Shown here: positions 28,013-39,619 of the stretch, one piece after another
Position numbering within the stretch: position 1 is the first letter of the stretch
How the letters are laid out: each line of letters starts with the position of its first letter
DNA from: Chromatiaceae bacterium
Lineage (GTDB): Bacteria; Pseudomonadota; Gammaproteobacteria; Chromatiales; Chromatiaceae
Length of the DNA stretch: 64,000 bases
Direction: 5' to 3'
Assembly (NCBI GenBank): GCA_022340195.1
Contig: JAJDOL010000276.1
Location: 5,565 to 69,564 of the forward strand
Translations under genes and position numbers: made by a program
The notes under the pieces: generated by a model
The model's input: only the letters and a program-made list of their open reading frames with translations
Databases searched by the model: none
What the model was told of the DNA's origin: nothing

Positions 28013-28791
28013 ACGGCAGTCGGTTCACGGCGCTCTTCGCCGCGCAGTGTCAGAATCTCGTGGCCGTCGGGGGTTACCAGCACTGTGTGCTCCCACTGGG
28101 CGGACAGGCTGCGGTCCTTGGTAACCACGGTCCAGCCGTCGGGCAGCAGCTTGATATAGCGCTTCCCGGCGTTGACCATGGGCTCCACGGTGAAGCACAT
28201 ACCCGGCATAAGGGTCATTCCCTCACCGGGCTTGCCGTAGTGCAACACCTGAGGCTCCTCATGGAAGTCGCGCCCGATACCGTGGCCGCAATATTCCCGC
28301 ACGACCGAGTATTGCTTCTCCTCGACGAAGCTCTGAATGGCGTGGCCGATGTCGCCCAGTCTGGCTCCGGGCTTGACCTGGGCAATGCCGATGCGCATGG
28401 CTTCCTGAGTGACCTTTGCCAGACGCCGGGCGAGGATGGAGGGCTCGCCGACGAAAAACATCTTGCTCGTGTCGCCGTGATAGCCATTCTTGATGACGGT
28501 GATATCGATGTTGACGATGTCCCCCTTTTTCAGCCGTTTATTACCCGGAATCCCGTGGCACACCTGGTGATTGACCGATGTGCAGATTGACTTGGGAAAT
28601 CCTCTGTAGTTCAGGGGGGCCGGGATGGCCGTTTGTTCGTTGACGATAAATGCGTGACAAATGCGGTCGAGCTCCCCGGTAGTGACGCCCGGGCGCACAT
28701 GCTCGTCGATCATCTCCAGGACCTGGGCAGCGAGGCGGCCTGCAACGCGCATTTTGGCGATCTCCTCGGCCGTCTTGATGGGTACGCTCAT
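28009..28791 (-). CDS. map: methionine aminopeptidase type I
   Basis: GFPKSICTSVN..VCHGIP, GYHGDTS, YCGHGIG..FHEEP, FTVEPM, SAQWEHT. Confidence 0.98.
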   Translation of the reverse strand: MSVPIKTAEEIAKMRVAGRLAAQVLEMIDEHVRPGVTTGELDRICHAFIVNEQTAIPAPLNYRGFPKSICTSVNHQVCHGIPGNKRLKKGDIVNIDITVIKNGYHGDTSKMFFVGEPSILARRLAKVTQEAMRIGIAQVKPGARLGDIGHAIQSFVEEKQYSVVREYCGHGIGRDFHEEPQVLHYGKPGEGMTLMPGMCFTVEPMVNAGKRYIKLLPDGWTVVTKDRSLSAQWEHTVLVTPDGHEILTLRGEERREPTAV

Positions 28792-28867
28792 ACTGCGTGA
28801 GGTTGCATCCACGTTGGTTCGGAGGGATTTGAAAAAATCTGGAGAATTGCTCGGACGTGACCGGCTA

Positions 28868-28878
28868 TGTTATAAAAT
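28868..28878 (+). promoter_or_regulatory. extended -10 promoter for rpsB-tsf
   Basis: TGTTATAAAAT, similar to the TGnTATAAA extended -10 of gammaproteobacterial rpsB. Confidence 0.5.
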
Positions 28879-29025
28879 GGGTTGCGGTTCGGCAAACGGA
28901 TCGCTCGTTGCCGCGAAAAGAACGACGGTGGCGACCTATCGGGAGCGAAAAACGCCAGTTTTTCGCTTTTGTTTTTGGGCCGTTCCCGAATCGACCAATG
29001 CGTCGGTTGGGATCGGTTCACCGTA

Positions 29026-29124
29026 AACCACACACGCATCGACACAGTGAGCCGGGTGCCTGCGAAGCGGGTCGCTTGCTGGGATGCGTGGAGGCCAAAC
29101 CCAACTCAATAGAGGTCTCTGTAA
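29026..29124 (+). ncRNA. rpsB 5' leader (t44 / S2 autoregulatory RNA)
   Basis: ACACACGCATCGACAC...GGGTGCC...GGGTCG...GGGATGCGTGGAGGCCAAACCC, the conserved t44 pattern directly upstream of rpsB. Confidence 0.85.
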
Positions 29125-29898
29125 ATGAGCGAAGTTTCCATGCGCGACATGCTCGAGGCGGGGGTGCACTTTGGGCATCAGACCCGCTACTGGAACCCGA
29201 AAATGGGTGCCTACATCTTCGGCCAGCGCAATAAAATCCACATCATCAACCTCGAGAAAAGCCTGCCCCTGTATCAAGACGCTATGAACTATCTCGGTTC
29301 GCTGGCAGCCAACGGCGGTAAGGTACTTTTCGTCGGAACCAAGCGCGCGGCGCGGGATGCAATCCGCGAGCAGGCAAATCGCTGCGGTATGCCCTTCGTC
29401 AACCATCGCTGGCTCGGCGGCATGCTGACAAACTTCAAGACAATCCGCGAACGCATCAAGCGACTCAAAGAGCTGGATGCCATGTTCGAGGACGGAAGTA
29501 TCGACCGTTTCAGCAAGAAGGAGGCGCTGGGCTTGAGTCGAGAGCAGGCGAAGCTGGAGCAGGGTCTCGGTGGGATCAAGAACATGGAGGGGGTACCCGA
29601 TGCTCTTTTCATCGTCGACGTGGGCCACGAGAAGATTGCCGTAACAGAGGCCAACAAGCTCGGGATTCCGGTGGTCGGCGTAGTCGATACGAACAATGAT
29701 CCGGGCTTCGTGGACTACGTCATTCCCGGTAACGACGATGCCATCCGTGCAGTACGCCTCTACATCGAGGGTGCGGCCTCCGCGGTGTTGGATGGACGCT
29801 CCACCGCCGCTGCGGTGGCCGCTGGGCGCGATGGCGAGTTCATCGAGGTTGAAGACAAAACGGCCAAACCCGAAGTCGCCGAGCCGGCGGCGGAGTGA
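29125..29898 (+). CDS. rpsB: 30S ribosomal protein S2
   Basis: [38 protein letters not shown]. Confidence 0.99.
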   Translation: MSEVSMRDMLEAGVHFGHQTRYWNPKMGAYIFGQRNKIHIINLEKSLPLYQDAMNYLGSLAANGGKVLFVGTKRAARDAIREQANRCGMPFVNHRWLGGMLTNFKTIRERIKRLKELDAMFEDGSIDRFSKKEALGLSREQAKLEQGLGGIKNMEGVPDALFIVDVGHEKIAVTEANKLGIPVVGVVDTNNDPGFVDYVIPGNDDAIRAVRLYIEGAASAVLDGRSTAAAVAAGRDGEFIEVEDKTAKPEVAEPAAE

Positions 29899-30001
29899 AA
29901 GCCCCAACGAGCGAGCGTAGGTTAGGGTTTCCGAGGGTGCGGGTTCTACCCGGGTCCGACGCGTCGCCTGTCAGCATATATTACAAAGAGGGTTAGCAGT
30001 C

Positions 30002-30889
30002 ATGGCCATTCGAGCGGCTTTGGTCAAGGAGCTTAGAGAACGTACTGGGGCCGGCATGATGGAGTGCAAAAAGGCGCTCGTCGAGACCGATGGGGACATC
30101 GAAGCCGCCATCGAGTCGATGCGCAAATCCGGACAAGCCAAGGCGGCGAAGAAGGCAGGTAGGACCGCCGCAGACGGCGTCGTGGTTATCGCTATCGCGG
30201 GGGATACCAAGGCGGGTGTCATGGTCGAGGTCAACTGCGAGACCGACTTCGTTGCCAAGGACGCAAGCTTCACGGAATTTGCGGAGAAGGTGGCAGGGCG
30301 GACTTTGGCCGTTGACGCAGCCGATGTCGAGTCCCTGGGGGCCGAGCCCCTCGAGGACGGCGGGGATACCAGCATCGCGCAGGCCCGCGAGGCCCTGGTC
30401 GCCAAGATCGGGGAGAATATCCAGCTGCGTCGCTTGGTGCGTTTCGACGAGGTGAGAGGCCGTCTATATAGCTACCGCCACGGTGTGCGCATCGGTGTCC
30501 TGGTCGAGATGGAGGGAGGCAACGCGGAGCTCGGCAAGGACATGGCGATGCACGTCGCCGCCACCAACCCGATGTGCGTCAGCGCCGACGACGTGCCCTC
30601 CGAGATCCTGGAGAAGGAGAAGGAGATCTTCCGTGCCCAGGCCCTGGAGAGCGGGAAGCCGGAGCAGATTGTCGAGAAGATTATCCAGGGGCGGGTGCGC
30701 AAGTACCTGGAAGAGGTGACACTTCTCGGGCAGGCCTTTGTCAAGGATCCGGATGTCACAGTAGAGAAGCTTCTCGCCCAGGCGGGCGCCAAGGTCGTGC
30801 GTTTCGCTCGCATCGAGGTCGGCGAGGGAATCGAGAAGAAGCAGGAGAACTTTGCCGACGAGGTCATGGCGCAGGTTCGTGGCGACTGA
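30002..30889 (+). CDS. tsf: elongation factor Ts
   Basis: [42 protein letters not shown]. Confidence 0.99.
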   Translation: MAIRAALVKELRERTGAGMMECKKALVETDGDIEAAIESMRKSGQAKAAKKAGRTAADGVVVIAIAGDTKAGVMVEVNCETDFVAKDASFTEFAEKVAGRTLAVDAADVESLGAEPLEDGGDTSIAQAREALVAKIGENIQLRRLVRFDEVRGRLYSYRHGVRIGVLVEMEGGNAELGKDMAMHVAATNPMCVSADDVPSEILEKEKEIFRAQALESGKPEQIVEKIIQGRVRKYLEEVTLLGQAFVKDPDVTVEKLLAQAGAKVVRFARIEVGEGIEKKQENFADEVMAQVRGD

Positions 30890-30945
30890 CTTAGGTCGCA
30901 ACGGTTGTCGGGATCCTTTGGGTTGAAATCGAGGTCGAGAGTCAG

Positions 30946-31668
30946 GTGTCAACACCCAGCTATCGCCGCATTTTGATCAAGCTCAGCGGCGAAGCCTTGG
31001 TGGGAGATGGCGCCTTCGGTATTGATCCGGGGATGTTCGCTCGTCTGGCTGGCGAGGTTCGGGACCTTGTCGCCGCCGATATTCAGGTGGCGCTGGTGAT
31101 CGGGGGCGGTAACATCTTTCGCGGTGCCGGCCTGACTCAGGCCGGTGTCGAGCGTGTTACCGGCGATCACATAGGTATGCTGGCGACCGTCATGAACGCG
31201 CTTGCCATGCAGGACTTTTTGGAGCGTGTGGGCGTGCCGACGCGGGTTATGTCGGCCCTGAAGATCCACCAAGTCTGCGAGGATTATGTTCGTCGCCGCG
31301 CCGTGCGTCATCTGGAAAAAGCACGTGTCGTCATTTTCGCCGCCGGGACCGGCAATCCCTTTTTCACGACGGATTCGGCGGCAAGCCTGCGGGCAGTTGA
31401 GATCGGTGCCGATCTGCTGATCAAGGCAACCAAGGTCGACGGTGTTTATTCCGCGGACCCGGTCCTGGAGCCAGAGGCGGTCCTGTACAAGCGTTTGACC
31501 TACAATCAAGCCTTGCGGGAAGACCTCGGCGTCATGGATGCAACGGCTATCGTCCTGTGCCGGGATAACAATATCCCGATGCGGGTAATGAATATCTACG
31601 AACCGGGCGCGCTGCTTCGCCTAGTCGGCGGGGACGAGATTGGCTCCCTTGTTGAGAGCGGGGACTGA
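30946..31668 (+). CDS. pyrH: UMP kinase
   Basis: [36 protein letters not shown]. Confidence 0.99.
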   Translation: MSTPSYRRILIKLSGEALVGDGAFGIDPGMFARLAGEVRDLVAADIQVALVIGGGNIFRGAGLTQAGVERVTGDHIGMLATVMNALAMQDFLERVGVPTRVMSALKIHQVCEDYVRRRAVRHLEKARVVIFAAGTGNPFFTTDSAASLRAVEIGADLLIKATKVDGVYSADPVLEPEAVLYKRLTYNQALREDLGVMDATAIVLCRDNNIPMRVMNIYEPGALLRLVGGDEIGSLVESGD

Positions 31669-31669
31669 G

Positions 31670-32227
31670 ATGATCGACGACATAAAGAAAGACGCCGCAG
31701 CGCGAATGGCCAAGAGCGTGGAGTCCCTGAGGAACGAGTTGGCCAAGATCCGAACCGGGCGTGCGCATCCCTCGTTGCTCGACCATCTGGTGGTTTCCTA
31801 TTACGGATCCGACGTACCGATCAAGCAGGTGGCGAACGTCACAGCAGAGGATGCCCGCACCCTTGCGGTCACGCCCTGGGAAAAAGCCATGGTCCAGGCT
31901 GTGGAAAAGGCCATCATGCAGTCGGACCTCGGGCTCAATCCCAACACGGCGGGGATGGTGATTCGGGTGCCCATGCCGCCCTTGACGGAGGAGCGTCGAC
32001 GGGACTTGATCAAAGTGGCACGCCACGAAGCGGAACAGGCTCGTGTTGCTGTTCGCAACATCCGGCGTGACGCGAATCACGGGCTCAAGGAAGCTGTCAA
32101 AGAAAAGATGATATCCGAGGACGAGGAACGCCGCGGCGAGGAGATGGTGCAGAAGCTGACCGACGATTACATCAAGAATGTGGATAAGGTGCTCGCCGAG
32201 AAAGAAGAGGACCTGATGTCCATCTGA
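31670..32227 (+). CDS. frr: ribosome recycling factor
   Basis: [32 protein letters not shown]. Confidence 0.99.
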   Translation: MIDDIKKDAAARMAKSVESLRNELAKIRTGRAHPSLLDHLVVSYYGSDVPIKQVANVTAEDARTLAVTPWEKAMVQAVEKAIMQSDLGLNPNTAGMVIRVPMPPLTEERRRDLIKVARHEAEQARVAVRNIRRDANHGLKEAVKEKMISEDEERRGEEMVQKLTDDYIKNVDKVLAEKEEDLMSI

Positions 32228-32261
32228 GCCGTCGCTTCGAGCGCCATGGAGGTTTTGATCC

Positions 32262-33041
32262 TTGGACAAAGACACGCCAGTACCGTCGAGCGACCGAGTT
32301 GTCGTATGCGTGCCGCGGCATGTGGCGATCATCATGGACGGAAACGGACGCTGGGCGTTACGGCGCAACCTGCCGCGCACGGCCGGGCACAGGGCCGGCG
32401 TCAAGAGTGTCAGGGCTGTTGTCGAGGAAAGCGTCCATCAGGGTATAGGTGTCTTGACCCTCTTCGCCTTCAGCAGCGAAAACTGGCGCCGTCCCAAATC
32501 CGAGGTCAATATCCTGCTGGAGCTGTTCATGAGTGCCCTGCGCGCGGAGGTGAATCGGCTCAATCAAAACGGTGTACGCTTGCGTATTGTCGGCGAGCGC
32601 AATGCCTTCCCGGAGAAGCTGCAGCGCCGCATCGCCGAGGCAGAGGAAGTTACTTGCGCCAACAATGCGATGTTGCTGCAAATCGCCGCCAACTACGGAG
32701 GACGTTGGGACATCACGCAAGCGACCAGGCAATTGGTTTCAGCGGCGCGGGAAGGGCGCGTCGTGCCGGAGGAGGTGGACGAGGAGCTCATTTCTTCCCT
32801 CTTGTCCTTTCAGGACGTTCCGGACCCCGACCTGTTCATCCGCACTGGCGGTGAGCAGCGGATCAGCAATTTCGTGCTCTGGCAGTCGGCTTACAGTGAG
32901 CTTTACTTCAGCGATTTGATGTGGCCCGATTTCGGCGTGGATGCCTATCGGGGCGCGCTCGAGGATTTCGCGCGTCGGCAGCGTCGTTTCGGGTTGACCG
33001 GCGAGCAGGTCGATACGGGTGCTGAGATCAGGTCCGATTAG
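32262..33041 (+). CDS. uppS: undecaprenyl diphosphate synthase
   Basis: HVAIIMDGNGRW, AFSSENWRRP, NYGGRWDI, IRTGGEQRISNF. Confidence 0.98.
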   Translation: MDKDTPVPSSDRVVVCVPRHVAIIMDGNGRWALRRNLPRTAGHRAGVKSVRAVVEESVHQGIGVLTLFAFSSENWRRPKSEVNILLELFMSALRAEVNRLNQNGVRLRIVGERNAFPEKLQRRIAEAEEVTCANNAMLLQIAANYGGRWDITQATRQLVSAAREGRVVPEEVDEELISSLLSFQDVPDPDLFIRTGGEQRISNFVLWQSAYSELYFSDLMWPDFGVDAYRGALEDFARRQRRFGLTGEQVDTGAEIRSD

Positions 33042-33073
33042 GCGATTCACAGCGATCGCCTTGGGACGCCCGC

Positions 33074-33907
33074 GTGCCTACCAGCAAGCTCCAACAACGG
33101 ACCCTGACCGCGCTGCTTATGGCACCTTTGGCAGTGGCGGGCGTACTCCTGCTGCCAACTCCCTACCTTGCCCTGTGCCTTGGGTTGGTCCTTGTTTTGG
33201 CGGCTTGGGAGTGGGCCGCCTTGGCGGGTATCTCGTCGGCGGCCGGACGCGTCATCTATGCGGCGCTGTTCGCCTTGTCGCTGATTGTTTTGTGGCATCC
33301 TTGGCTGCGCCAGTGGTTTGCCTACCTGAACGCGGCGATGGTGGTTTTCTGGTGCGCTGTAGCCTTTTTTCTTCTTCGGTTGCGCGCCATCGAGCGCAAG
33401 TCGGGGCCGGATCTCGCGATGGCCGCGGCTGGTCTGGCGGTGCTGGTCGGCCCCTGGGTCGCCATTGCATATCTGCATGCCAATGCCTCCGAAGGACCTT
33501 ATCTCGTCCTGTTTCTGCTGGTGCTCATCTGGGTTGCGGATATCCTGGCCTACTTTACCGGACGCCGTTGGGGGCGCGAGAAGCTGGCGCCATTACTCAG
33601 TCCGGGCAAGACCCGCGCGGGTGTTTACGGGGCTCTGGGCGGCGCCGCCCTGTGCGGGTTTTGTCTGGGCTGGACGATGGACTTGCGGCCCGGGTACCTG
33701 GTGTTGCTGATTGTGCTGTGCATTCTGGTGGCATTTGCGTCGGTGATCGGGGACCTCTTCGAGAGTTTCGTCAAGCGCAGCCGGGATCTGAAGGACTCCG
33801 GACATCTGCTTCCCGGGCACGGCGGCGTCCTCGACCGCATCGATAGCTTGACCGCAGCCGCTCCGCTGTTCACGCTGGGCATCCTGTGGTTGGAGGCGCA
33901 GATTTGA
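33074..33907 (+). CDS. cdsA: phosphatidate cytidylyltransferase
   Basis: Hydrophobic; [25 protein letters not shown]...[18 protein letters not shown]. Confidence 0.97.
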   Translation: MPTSKLQQRTLTALLMAPLAVAGVLLLPTPYLALCLGLVLVLAAWEWAALAGISSAAGRVIYAALFALSLIVLWHPWLRQWFAYLNAAMVVFWCAVAFFLLRLRAIERKSGPDLAMAAAGLAVLVGPWVAIAYLHANASEGPYLVLFLLVLIWVADILAYFTGRRWGREKLAPLLSPGKTRAGVYGALGGAALCGFCLGWTMDLRPGYLVLLIVLCILVAFASVIGDLFESFVKRSRDLKDSGHLLPGHGGVLDRIDSLTAAAPLFTLGILWLEAQI

Positions 33908-35097
33908 TCGGAATAACCATACTTGGCTCCACCGGTTCTATCGGTGTCAGCACGCTGGATGTCGTAGGACGCCATCCGGAGCGATTTCGCGTTGTTGCTT
34001 TGACCGCAAATCGGAACGCGGAAGGCATAGCCTTGCAGTGCCATCGTCACCGGCCGGAGTACGTGGTTATGGCAGATCCTGTGGCGGCGAGCAGGCTCAG
34101 GCTGCTGTTGTCCGGCATGACGAATCCGCCGGAGGTGCTCGCGGGAGCTGAGGCGCTGGAGTCGGTCGCGGCCTTGCCCCAGGCCGATTTCGTGATGGCC
34201 GCGATCGTCGGCGCCGCCGGCCTTCGGTCCACGCTGGCGGCGGCGCAGGCAGGCAAGCGCCTGCTGCTTGCCAACAAGGAAGCCCTTGTTGTCGCGGGCT
34301 CGCTCCTGATGCAGGCCGTCGAAAACAACGGCGCCAGCATTTTGCCAATCGACAGCGAGCACAATGCCGTGTTCCAGTGTCTTCCCGGGGATTATCGGAA
34401 GGGGCGTAATCTCGACAAGTTGGGCGTTGAGCGGATATTGCTTACCGCTTCGGGGGGGCCTTTCCGGAATACTCCCCTGGAGCAGCTGGCGAAGGTCACG
34501 CCCGAGCAGGCTTGCGCTCACCCGAACTGGGACATGGGGCGCAAGATCTCGGTTGACTCGGCAACCATGATGAACAAGGGACTGGAGCTTATCGAGGCCT
34601 GCTGGCTGTTCAATGCAAACCCCGATCGGATCCGGATTCTCGTGCAACCCCAAAGCGTGATCCACTCCCTGGTGCAGTACCGGGATGGATCGGTGCTGGC
34701 GCAACTCGGCAATCCGGACATGCGCACTCCCATTGCCCATGCGCTTGCCTGGCCCGAGCGGATGGATTCCGGCGTAGCTGCCCTCGATCTGCTCGCGGTC
34801 CAGAGGCTCGATTTTCAGCCGGCTGATCCGGAGCGTTTTCCTTGCTTGGATCTGGCATATCGGGCGGCGGCGAGAGCCGGTACCTCTCCTGTCATTCTCA
34901 ATGCTGCGAACGAGGTGGCGGTCGCCGCGTTTCTGGATCGGCGTATCGGATTTACGCACATCGCGGCGGTGGTCGGAAAGACCTTGCAGCAGCTCCCTGC
35001 GGAGGACGTCCAGGGTTGGGAGGTCGAACAGCTGCTAGAGGTGGACCATCGGGCACGGAAGGTCGCGGAACAAAACCTCACCAACCCTGTCGGATAA
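33904..35097 (+). CDS. dxr: 1-deoxy-D-xylulose-5-phosphate reductoisomerase
   Basis: [48 protein letters not shown]. Confidence 0.98.
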   Translation: MIGITILGSTGSIGVSTLDVVGRHPERFRVVALTANRNAEGIALQCHRHRPEYVVMADPVAASRLRLLLSGMTNPPEVLAGAEALESVAALPQADFVMAAIVGAAGLRSTLAAAQAGKRLLLANKEALVVAGSLLMQAVENNGASILPIDSEHNAVFQCLPGDYRKGRNLDKLGVERILLTASGGPFRNTPLEQLAKVTPEQACAHPNWDMGRKISVDSATMMNKGLELIEACWLFNANPDRIRILVQPQSVIHSLVQYRDGSVLAQLGNPDMRTPIAHALAWPERMDSGVAALDLLAVQRLDFQPADPERFPCLDLAYRAAARAGTSPVILNAANEVAVAAFLDRRIGFTHIAAVVGKTLQQLPAEDVQGWEVEQLLEVDHRARKVAEQNLTNPVG

Positions 35098-35101
35098 ATC
35101 C

Positions 35102-36469
35102 ATGCAGGATTTTCTATACGCAGCGGGCTCCTTCATCCTCGCCTTGGCGATCCTCATCGCCGTCCACGAGTTCGGTCATTTCTGGGTTGCGCGCAAGCTC
35201 GGGGTCAAGGTGTTGCGCTTCTCCATCGGCTTCGGCAGATCCTTGTTGCGTCGCGTCGGTACCCGCGACGGTACCGAATACGTGTTGGCGGCCATCCCGC
35301 TCGGCGGTTACGTAAAGATGCTGGACGAACGAGAAGGGCCCGTAACGGCCGACGAGCGGCACCTTGCATTCAACAGACAGAGGTTGTGGAAGCGTTTCGC
35401 AATCGTCTCGGCGGGACCATTGTTCAATTTTCTGTTTGCCATCCTCGTCTATTGGGCCGTTTTTGTGTCCGGCGACGAGGGTACACGGGCGCTGGTGGGG
35501 GAGGTAGCCCCGGAATCAGTCGCGGCAGAGGCGGGCTTTGCGCCGGGAGACGAGCTGCTCGCCGTCGCAGACCGGCCTACGCCGACCTGGGAATCGGCCG
35601 TCTTCGCGCTGATGGCGGAGATCCTGGCGGGAGGAGAGGACCTCGCCGTTAGTGTGCGCGATGACAGTGGTCTGAGGCGGGTGCGGGTTCTCAGCGGTGA
35701 TGCATTGGCCGGACTCCCGGACGATCCCGCGATTCTCTCCAATTTGGGGTTGTCGCCTGCACGGCCGGCCCTGCCCGCGCTCATCGGCGAGCTGAGTCCG
35801 GGGGAGCCGGCCGCACAGGCGGGTTTGCAACCGGGTGATCGCGTCGTCTCCGTCAATGGAGCGCCGATTGAGCTCTGGGGCGAGCTGGTCGAGGCGGTGC
35901 GGGCGCATGCCGGCCGCCCGGTTAGTTTGGAAGTGGAGCGCGGTACCGAGCTGCTGGAGCTCGTCGTTCTTCCACGCGCCAGGCAACTGGGCGACCGAGA
36001 GGTCGGGTTCATCGGCGCTGCGGCACAGGTGCCGCAGCATCTGTTCGACGAGTACCGGACGGAGGTGAGGCTCGGGCCGGTGGCGGCCATGGGCGCGGCT
36101 GTCGGCAAGACCGTGGACATGAGCCTGCTCATGCTGCGAGTCATCGGGCGCATGTTGGTCGGCAAGGCGTCGGTCGAGAACCTGAGCGGACCCATCTCCA
36201 TTGCCGAGACCGCGGGCAAGACCGCGAGCGTCGGTCTGGTCTACTTTGTCAAGTTTCTCGCGGTAGTCAGCATCAGTCTCGGCGTGCTCAACCTTTTGCC
36301 CATCCCTATTTTGGACGGCGGACACCTGCTTTACTTCGCCATCGAGGCCATCAAGGGCAGTCCGCTCTCGGAGCAGGCGCAGTTGCAGGGTCAGCGGGTC
36401 GGCCTCGCCCTGTTGATAGCGCTCATGACCCTCGCCTTCTATGTCGATATCTCGCGTTTGTTGGGCTAG
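35102..36469 (+). CDS. rseP: RIP metalloprotease RseP
   Basis: HEFGH, IPLGGYVKM, two PDZ domains, NLLPIPILDGG. Confidence 0.98.
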   Translation: MQDFLYAAGSFILALAILIAVHEFGHFWVARKLGVKVLRFSIGFGRSLLRRVGTRDGTEYVLAAIPLGGYVKMLDEREGPVTADERHLAFNRQRLWKRFAIVSAGPLFNFLFAILVYWAVFVSGDEGTRALVGEVAPESVAAEAGFAPGDELLAVADRPTPTWESAVFALMAEILAGGEDLAVSVRDDSGLRRVRVLSGDALAGLPDDPAILSNLGLSPARPALPALIGELSPGEPAAQAGLQPGDRVVSVNGAPIELWGELVEAVRAHAGRPVSLEVERGTELLELVVLPRARQLGDREVGFIGAAAQVPQHLFDEYRTEVRLGPVAAMGAAVGKTVDMSLLMLRVIGRMLVGKASVENLSGPISIAETAGKTASVGLVYFVKFLAVVSISLGVLNLLPIPILDGGHLLYFAIEAIKGSPLSEQAQLQGQRVGLALLIALMTLAFYVDISRLLG

Positions 36470-36695
36470 GACGGAAACGGTGAATCGGCGGGTTGCCCGC
36501 CTTTCGATTCGAGCTTGATCCTGTCGGATCCACAAAGCGCGCGCCCCGCATCCACAGGCGTGCCAATTGCGTGGCTGCCGCTGCAGGACCTCGCTTGCTT
36601 CCGCTGTTTTGTTCATCGGTCCCTTAACTTATACTTGTTCGCTTCGGAAAATGCCGCGTCGGGGTGCGGTATTTCAAGCATCCAGGGGGTCGCAT

Positions 36696-39047
36696 TTGAA
36701 CGCACACAAGAGAACAGGCCGGCTGGGCAGGCCGTCACTTCGGCTGGTGCTGTTCATCGCCCTGATGGCCGTGGTGGCACCCGTGCTAGCGGCCCAGTTC
36801 CGTATCTCGGATATCCGGGTGGAAGGCCTGCAGCGCATTGCCGCCGGTACCGTATTCAATTATCTACCGGTCCAAGTGGGGGATACGACGACAGATGATG
36901 TCACCGCGAGCATCATCCGTACCCTTTACGCCACGGGATTTTTCAAGGATGTGCGGGTAGAGCGGGACGGGACCGTGCTGGTCGTTTGGGTACAGGAACG
37001 ACCGGCTGTCGCCGAGATCAACATAACTGGAAATAAGACCTTGGAGACCGACGCGCTGAAGGAAGCGCTCAAGGACATAGGTCTCGCGGAGGGTCGCACC
37101 TTCGACCGCTCACTCCTGGATCGGATCGAACATGAGCTCGAGGGCCAATACTATGCGCTCGGAAAGTACGGCGTCGAGATTCAGTCAACCGTGTCGCCGC
37201 TGGAGCGAAACCGTGTTGCCGTCGCCATTGACATCACCGAGGGCCTGACAGCCCGAATCAAGCAGATCAATATTATTGGCAACAAGGATTTCGAGGAGAA
37301 GGAACTGCTTGGGCTGTTCAAGCTCGGTCGCACCAAGTGGCATTCCTTCTATTCGAAGAACGACCAATACTCCAAGCAGAAGCTCGGTGGCGATCTGGAA
37401 TCTCTGCGCACGTTTTACCTCGACCGCGGATATATTCAGTTCGAGATCAAGTCGACGCAAGTCTCCATCAGCGCTGACAAGAAAGATATTTATATCACCA
37501 TCGGAATTGACGAGGGTGACGTCTTTTCCGTCAGCGACATCAAGCTCGCCGGAGAACCATCGGTGCCTGTCGAGCAGCTCTTTCCCTTGATTCAAATGCG
37601 CCGCGGGGATGTCTTCTCGCGCAAGGTCACGACAGAGAGTGCGGAACGAATTTCAAAGAAGTTGGGCAACGAAGGCTATGCTTTCGCCAACGTCAACACC
37701 ATCCCCGAGATCGACGAGGAGACCAAGCAGGTCGCGGTGATCTTCTTTGTCGATCCGGGCAAGCGCGTCTACGTGCGGCGCGTCAATACCAAAGGAAATA
37801 CCCGTACGCGCGACGAGGTGCTGCGTCGCGAGATGCGCCAGATGGAAGCAGCCTGGTTTTCGACCGAGCTCGTGAACCAATCCCGCGAGCGACTGCAGCG
37901 GCTGGGCTATTTCGAGGAAGTGAACGTGGAAACGCCGGCGGTGCCGGGCTCCGCGGATGAAGTTGATGTGAATGTCTCGGTTGTCGAGAAGGATTCCGGC
38001 AATCTGCTTGCTGGTCTCGGGTATTCCCAATCCCAGGGCGTCATCTTCAACTCGAGTATTACCCAGAACAATTTTCTGGGGACGGGAAAAAGGGTCTCGT
38101 TTGCCTTCAACAACAGCAGCTCCAACCGGATTTATCGTCTCGCCTACACCAATCCTTATTACACAATCGACGGTATTAGCCGGGGATTCGAGCTTTCCTA
38201 TCGGGAGACCAACTTCGAAGAGCTGAACAGCATCGACTATTTTACAGACGTCGGGATAGCCGGTATGAGCTTCGGCCTTCCTATCTCAGATACGAGTCGT
38301 GCCGGATTCGGTCTGCGCTATCAGTACACCAACTTCACGCCGGGGTACTCGCTGCTTGCCCAGGCGTTCGAGGCCGAAAACGGTGATAACTTCAACGATT
38401 TTCTGCTCACCGCGAGCTATACGAACGACTCGCGCGACAAGGCGGTTTTTCCGACCAAGGGTGGCCTCCAGACCCTGAGCGCAGAGATCGCCGTACCCGG
38501 CAGCGATCTGCAGTACTACCGGTTGACTTACAGGCATCGGCAGTACATCCCTCTGACGAGGCGCTTCACCCTATCCTTGAATGCAGACCTGGGCTACGGT
38601 GATGGGATCGGCAGTACCACAGGACTCCCGTTCTTCGATAACTTCTTCGCCGGCGGCCCGAGGACGGTCCGGGGATGGAAGGAGAATACTTTGGGTCCGA
38701 GGGAAACGACGCTTGATGAGAATCCATCAGGCGGCAACGTCAAGATTGTCGGCAGCATGGAGATCTTTGCACCGCCCCCCATCGAGGGCGACTTCGCGAA
38801 GACTCTGCGTCTCGGGGCCTTTTTCGATTTTGGTAACGTGTGGACGACCTACAATCCGCAGCTCAGTGGTGTGGATCTCGTGGCTCCCACGGGATTCAGT
38901 CTGAGCGATATCCGTTACTCGGCCGGGCTGTCCGCGACCTGGTTGTCGCCCATCGGTGCCTTGTCCGTAAGCGTGGCCTATCCGTTCAACGAACAGGACG
39001 GGGACGAAACGGAGGTGTTCCAGTTCGGCATCGGACAAACATTCTGA
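36696..39047 (+). CDS. bamA: outer membrane protein assembly factor BamA
   Basis: DIRVEGLQR POTRA repeats, GNTRTRDEVLRREMRQ, VRGW (L6 motif), C-terminal FQFGIGQTF; start approximate. Confidence 0.97.
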   Translation: MNAHKRTGRLGRPSLRLVLFIALMAVVAPVLAAQFRISDIRVEGLQRIAAGTVFNYLPVQVGDTTTDDVTASIIRTLYATGFFKDVRVERDGTVLVVWVQERPAVAEINITGNKTLETDALKEALKDIGLAEGRTFDRSLLDRIEHELEGQYYALGKYGVEIQSTVSPLERNRVAVAIDITEGLTARIKQINIIGNKDFEEKELLGLFKLGRTKWHSFYSKNDQYSKQKLGGDLESLRTFYLDRGYIQFEIKSTQVSISADKKDIYITIGIDEGDVFSVSDIKLAGEPSVPVEQLFPLIQMRRGDVFSRKVTTESAERISKKLGNEGYAFANVNTIPEIDEETKQVAVIFFVDPGKRVYVRRVNTKGNTRTRDEVLRREMRQMEAAWFSTELVNQSRERLQRLGYFEEVNVETPAVPGSADEVDVNVSVVEKDSGNLLAGLGYSQSQGVIFNSSITQNNFLGTGKRVSFAFNNSSSNRIYRLAYTNPYYTIDGISRGFELSYRETNFEELNSIDYFTDVGIAGMSFGLPISDTSRAGFGLRYQYTNFTPGYSLLAQAFEAENGDNFNDFLLTASYTNDSRDKAVFPTKGGLQTLSAEIAVPGSDLQYYRLTYRHRQYIPLTRRFTLSLNADLGYGDGIGSTTGLPFFDNFFAGGPRTVRGWKENTLGPRETTLDENPSGGNVKIVGSMEIFAPPPIEGDFAKTLRLGAFFDFGNVWTTYNPQLSGVDLVAPTGFSLSDIRYSAGLSATWLSPIGALSVSVAYPFNEQDGDETEVFQFGIGQTF

Positions 39048-39064
39048 CTGGAGGTGGCAGCCAG

Positions 39065-39583
39065 GTGAACAGATTTGCAGGGGTACTGATCGGGCTTGGT
39101 CTGTGCGTGTCGGGGACCTCCGTACCGGCTGGCGATTACGTAATCGCCGTGATCGATCCCACGCGCATCATGCAGCAGTCGCCACAGTACGAGGCCGCCA
39201 GCGCGCAGCTGGAGAAAGAGGTCAGCGAGCGCAAGGAAAAGCTCGCCGAGCAGCAAAAGCAGATCGCCGAGCTCGAGCAGAAGCTCAAGCGTGACGCTGC
39301 TCTTATGAGTGAGGATGAAGTCCAGCGCTTGACGACCGATATCAGCAAGCGGAAACGCAAGCTCAAATATGCCGAGGCGGAGTTTCGCGAAGATATGTCC
39401 CTGCGCAATAACGAGCTGAATACCAAGCTCACCAAGCAGGTCGAAGAGGTTGTCACGGAGCTGGCGCGGGAGGAGAGCATCGACCTCATCGTCAGCGATA
39501 ACCTGGTATTCCATGCCAGCGAGCGTATCGATATCTCCGATAAGGTCATCGGACGTTTGAGGGAGAAGTTCGAGGCCAGATAG
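39065..39583 (+). CDS. skp: OmpH/Skp periplasmic chaperone
   Basis: Signal peptide, IAVID, coiled coil, DISDKVI; between bamA and lpxD; GGAGG RBS. Confidence 0.93.
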   Translation: MNRFAGVLIGLGLCVSGTSVPAGDYVIAVIDPTRIMQQSPQYEAASAQLEKEVSERKEKLAEQQKQIAELEQKLKRDAALMSEDEVQRLTTDISKRKRKLKYAEAEFREDMSLRNNELNTKLTKQVEEVVTELAREESIDLIVSDNLVFHASERIDISDKVIGRLREKFEAR

Positions 39584-39619
39584 GGAGCTGCCGAGCATTC
39601 ATCGACTATCTGAGGGGTT

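Noticed and set aside
29897-29932. GAAAGCCCCAAC...GTTAGGGTTTC attC-like ends between rpsB and tsf
   Set aside because: Far too short for attC; an ordinary intercistronic hairpin, as commonly found between rpsB and tsf
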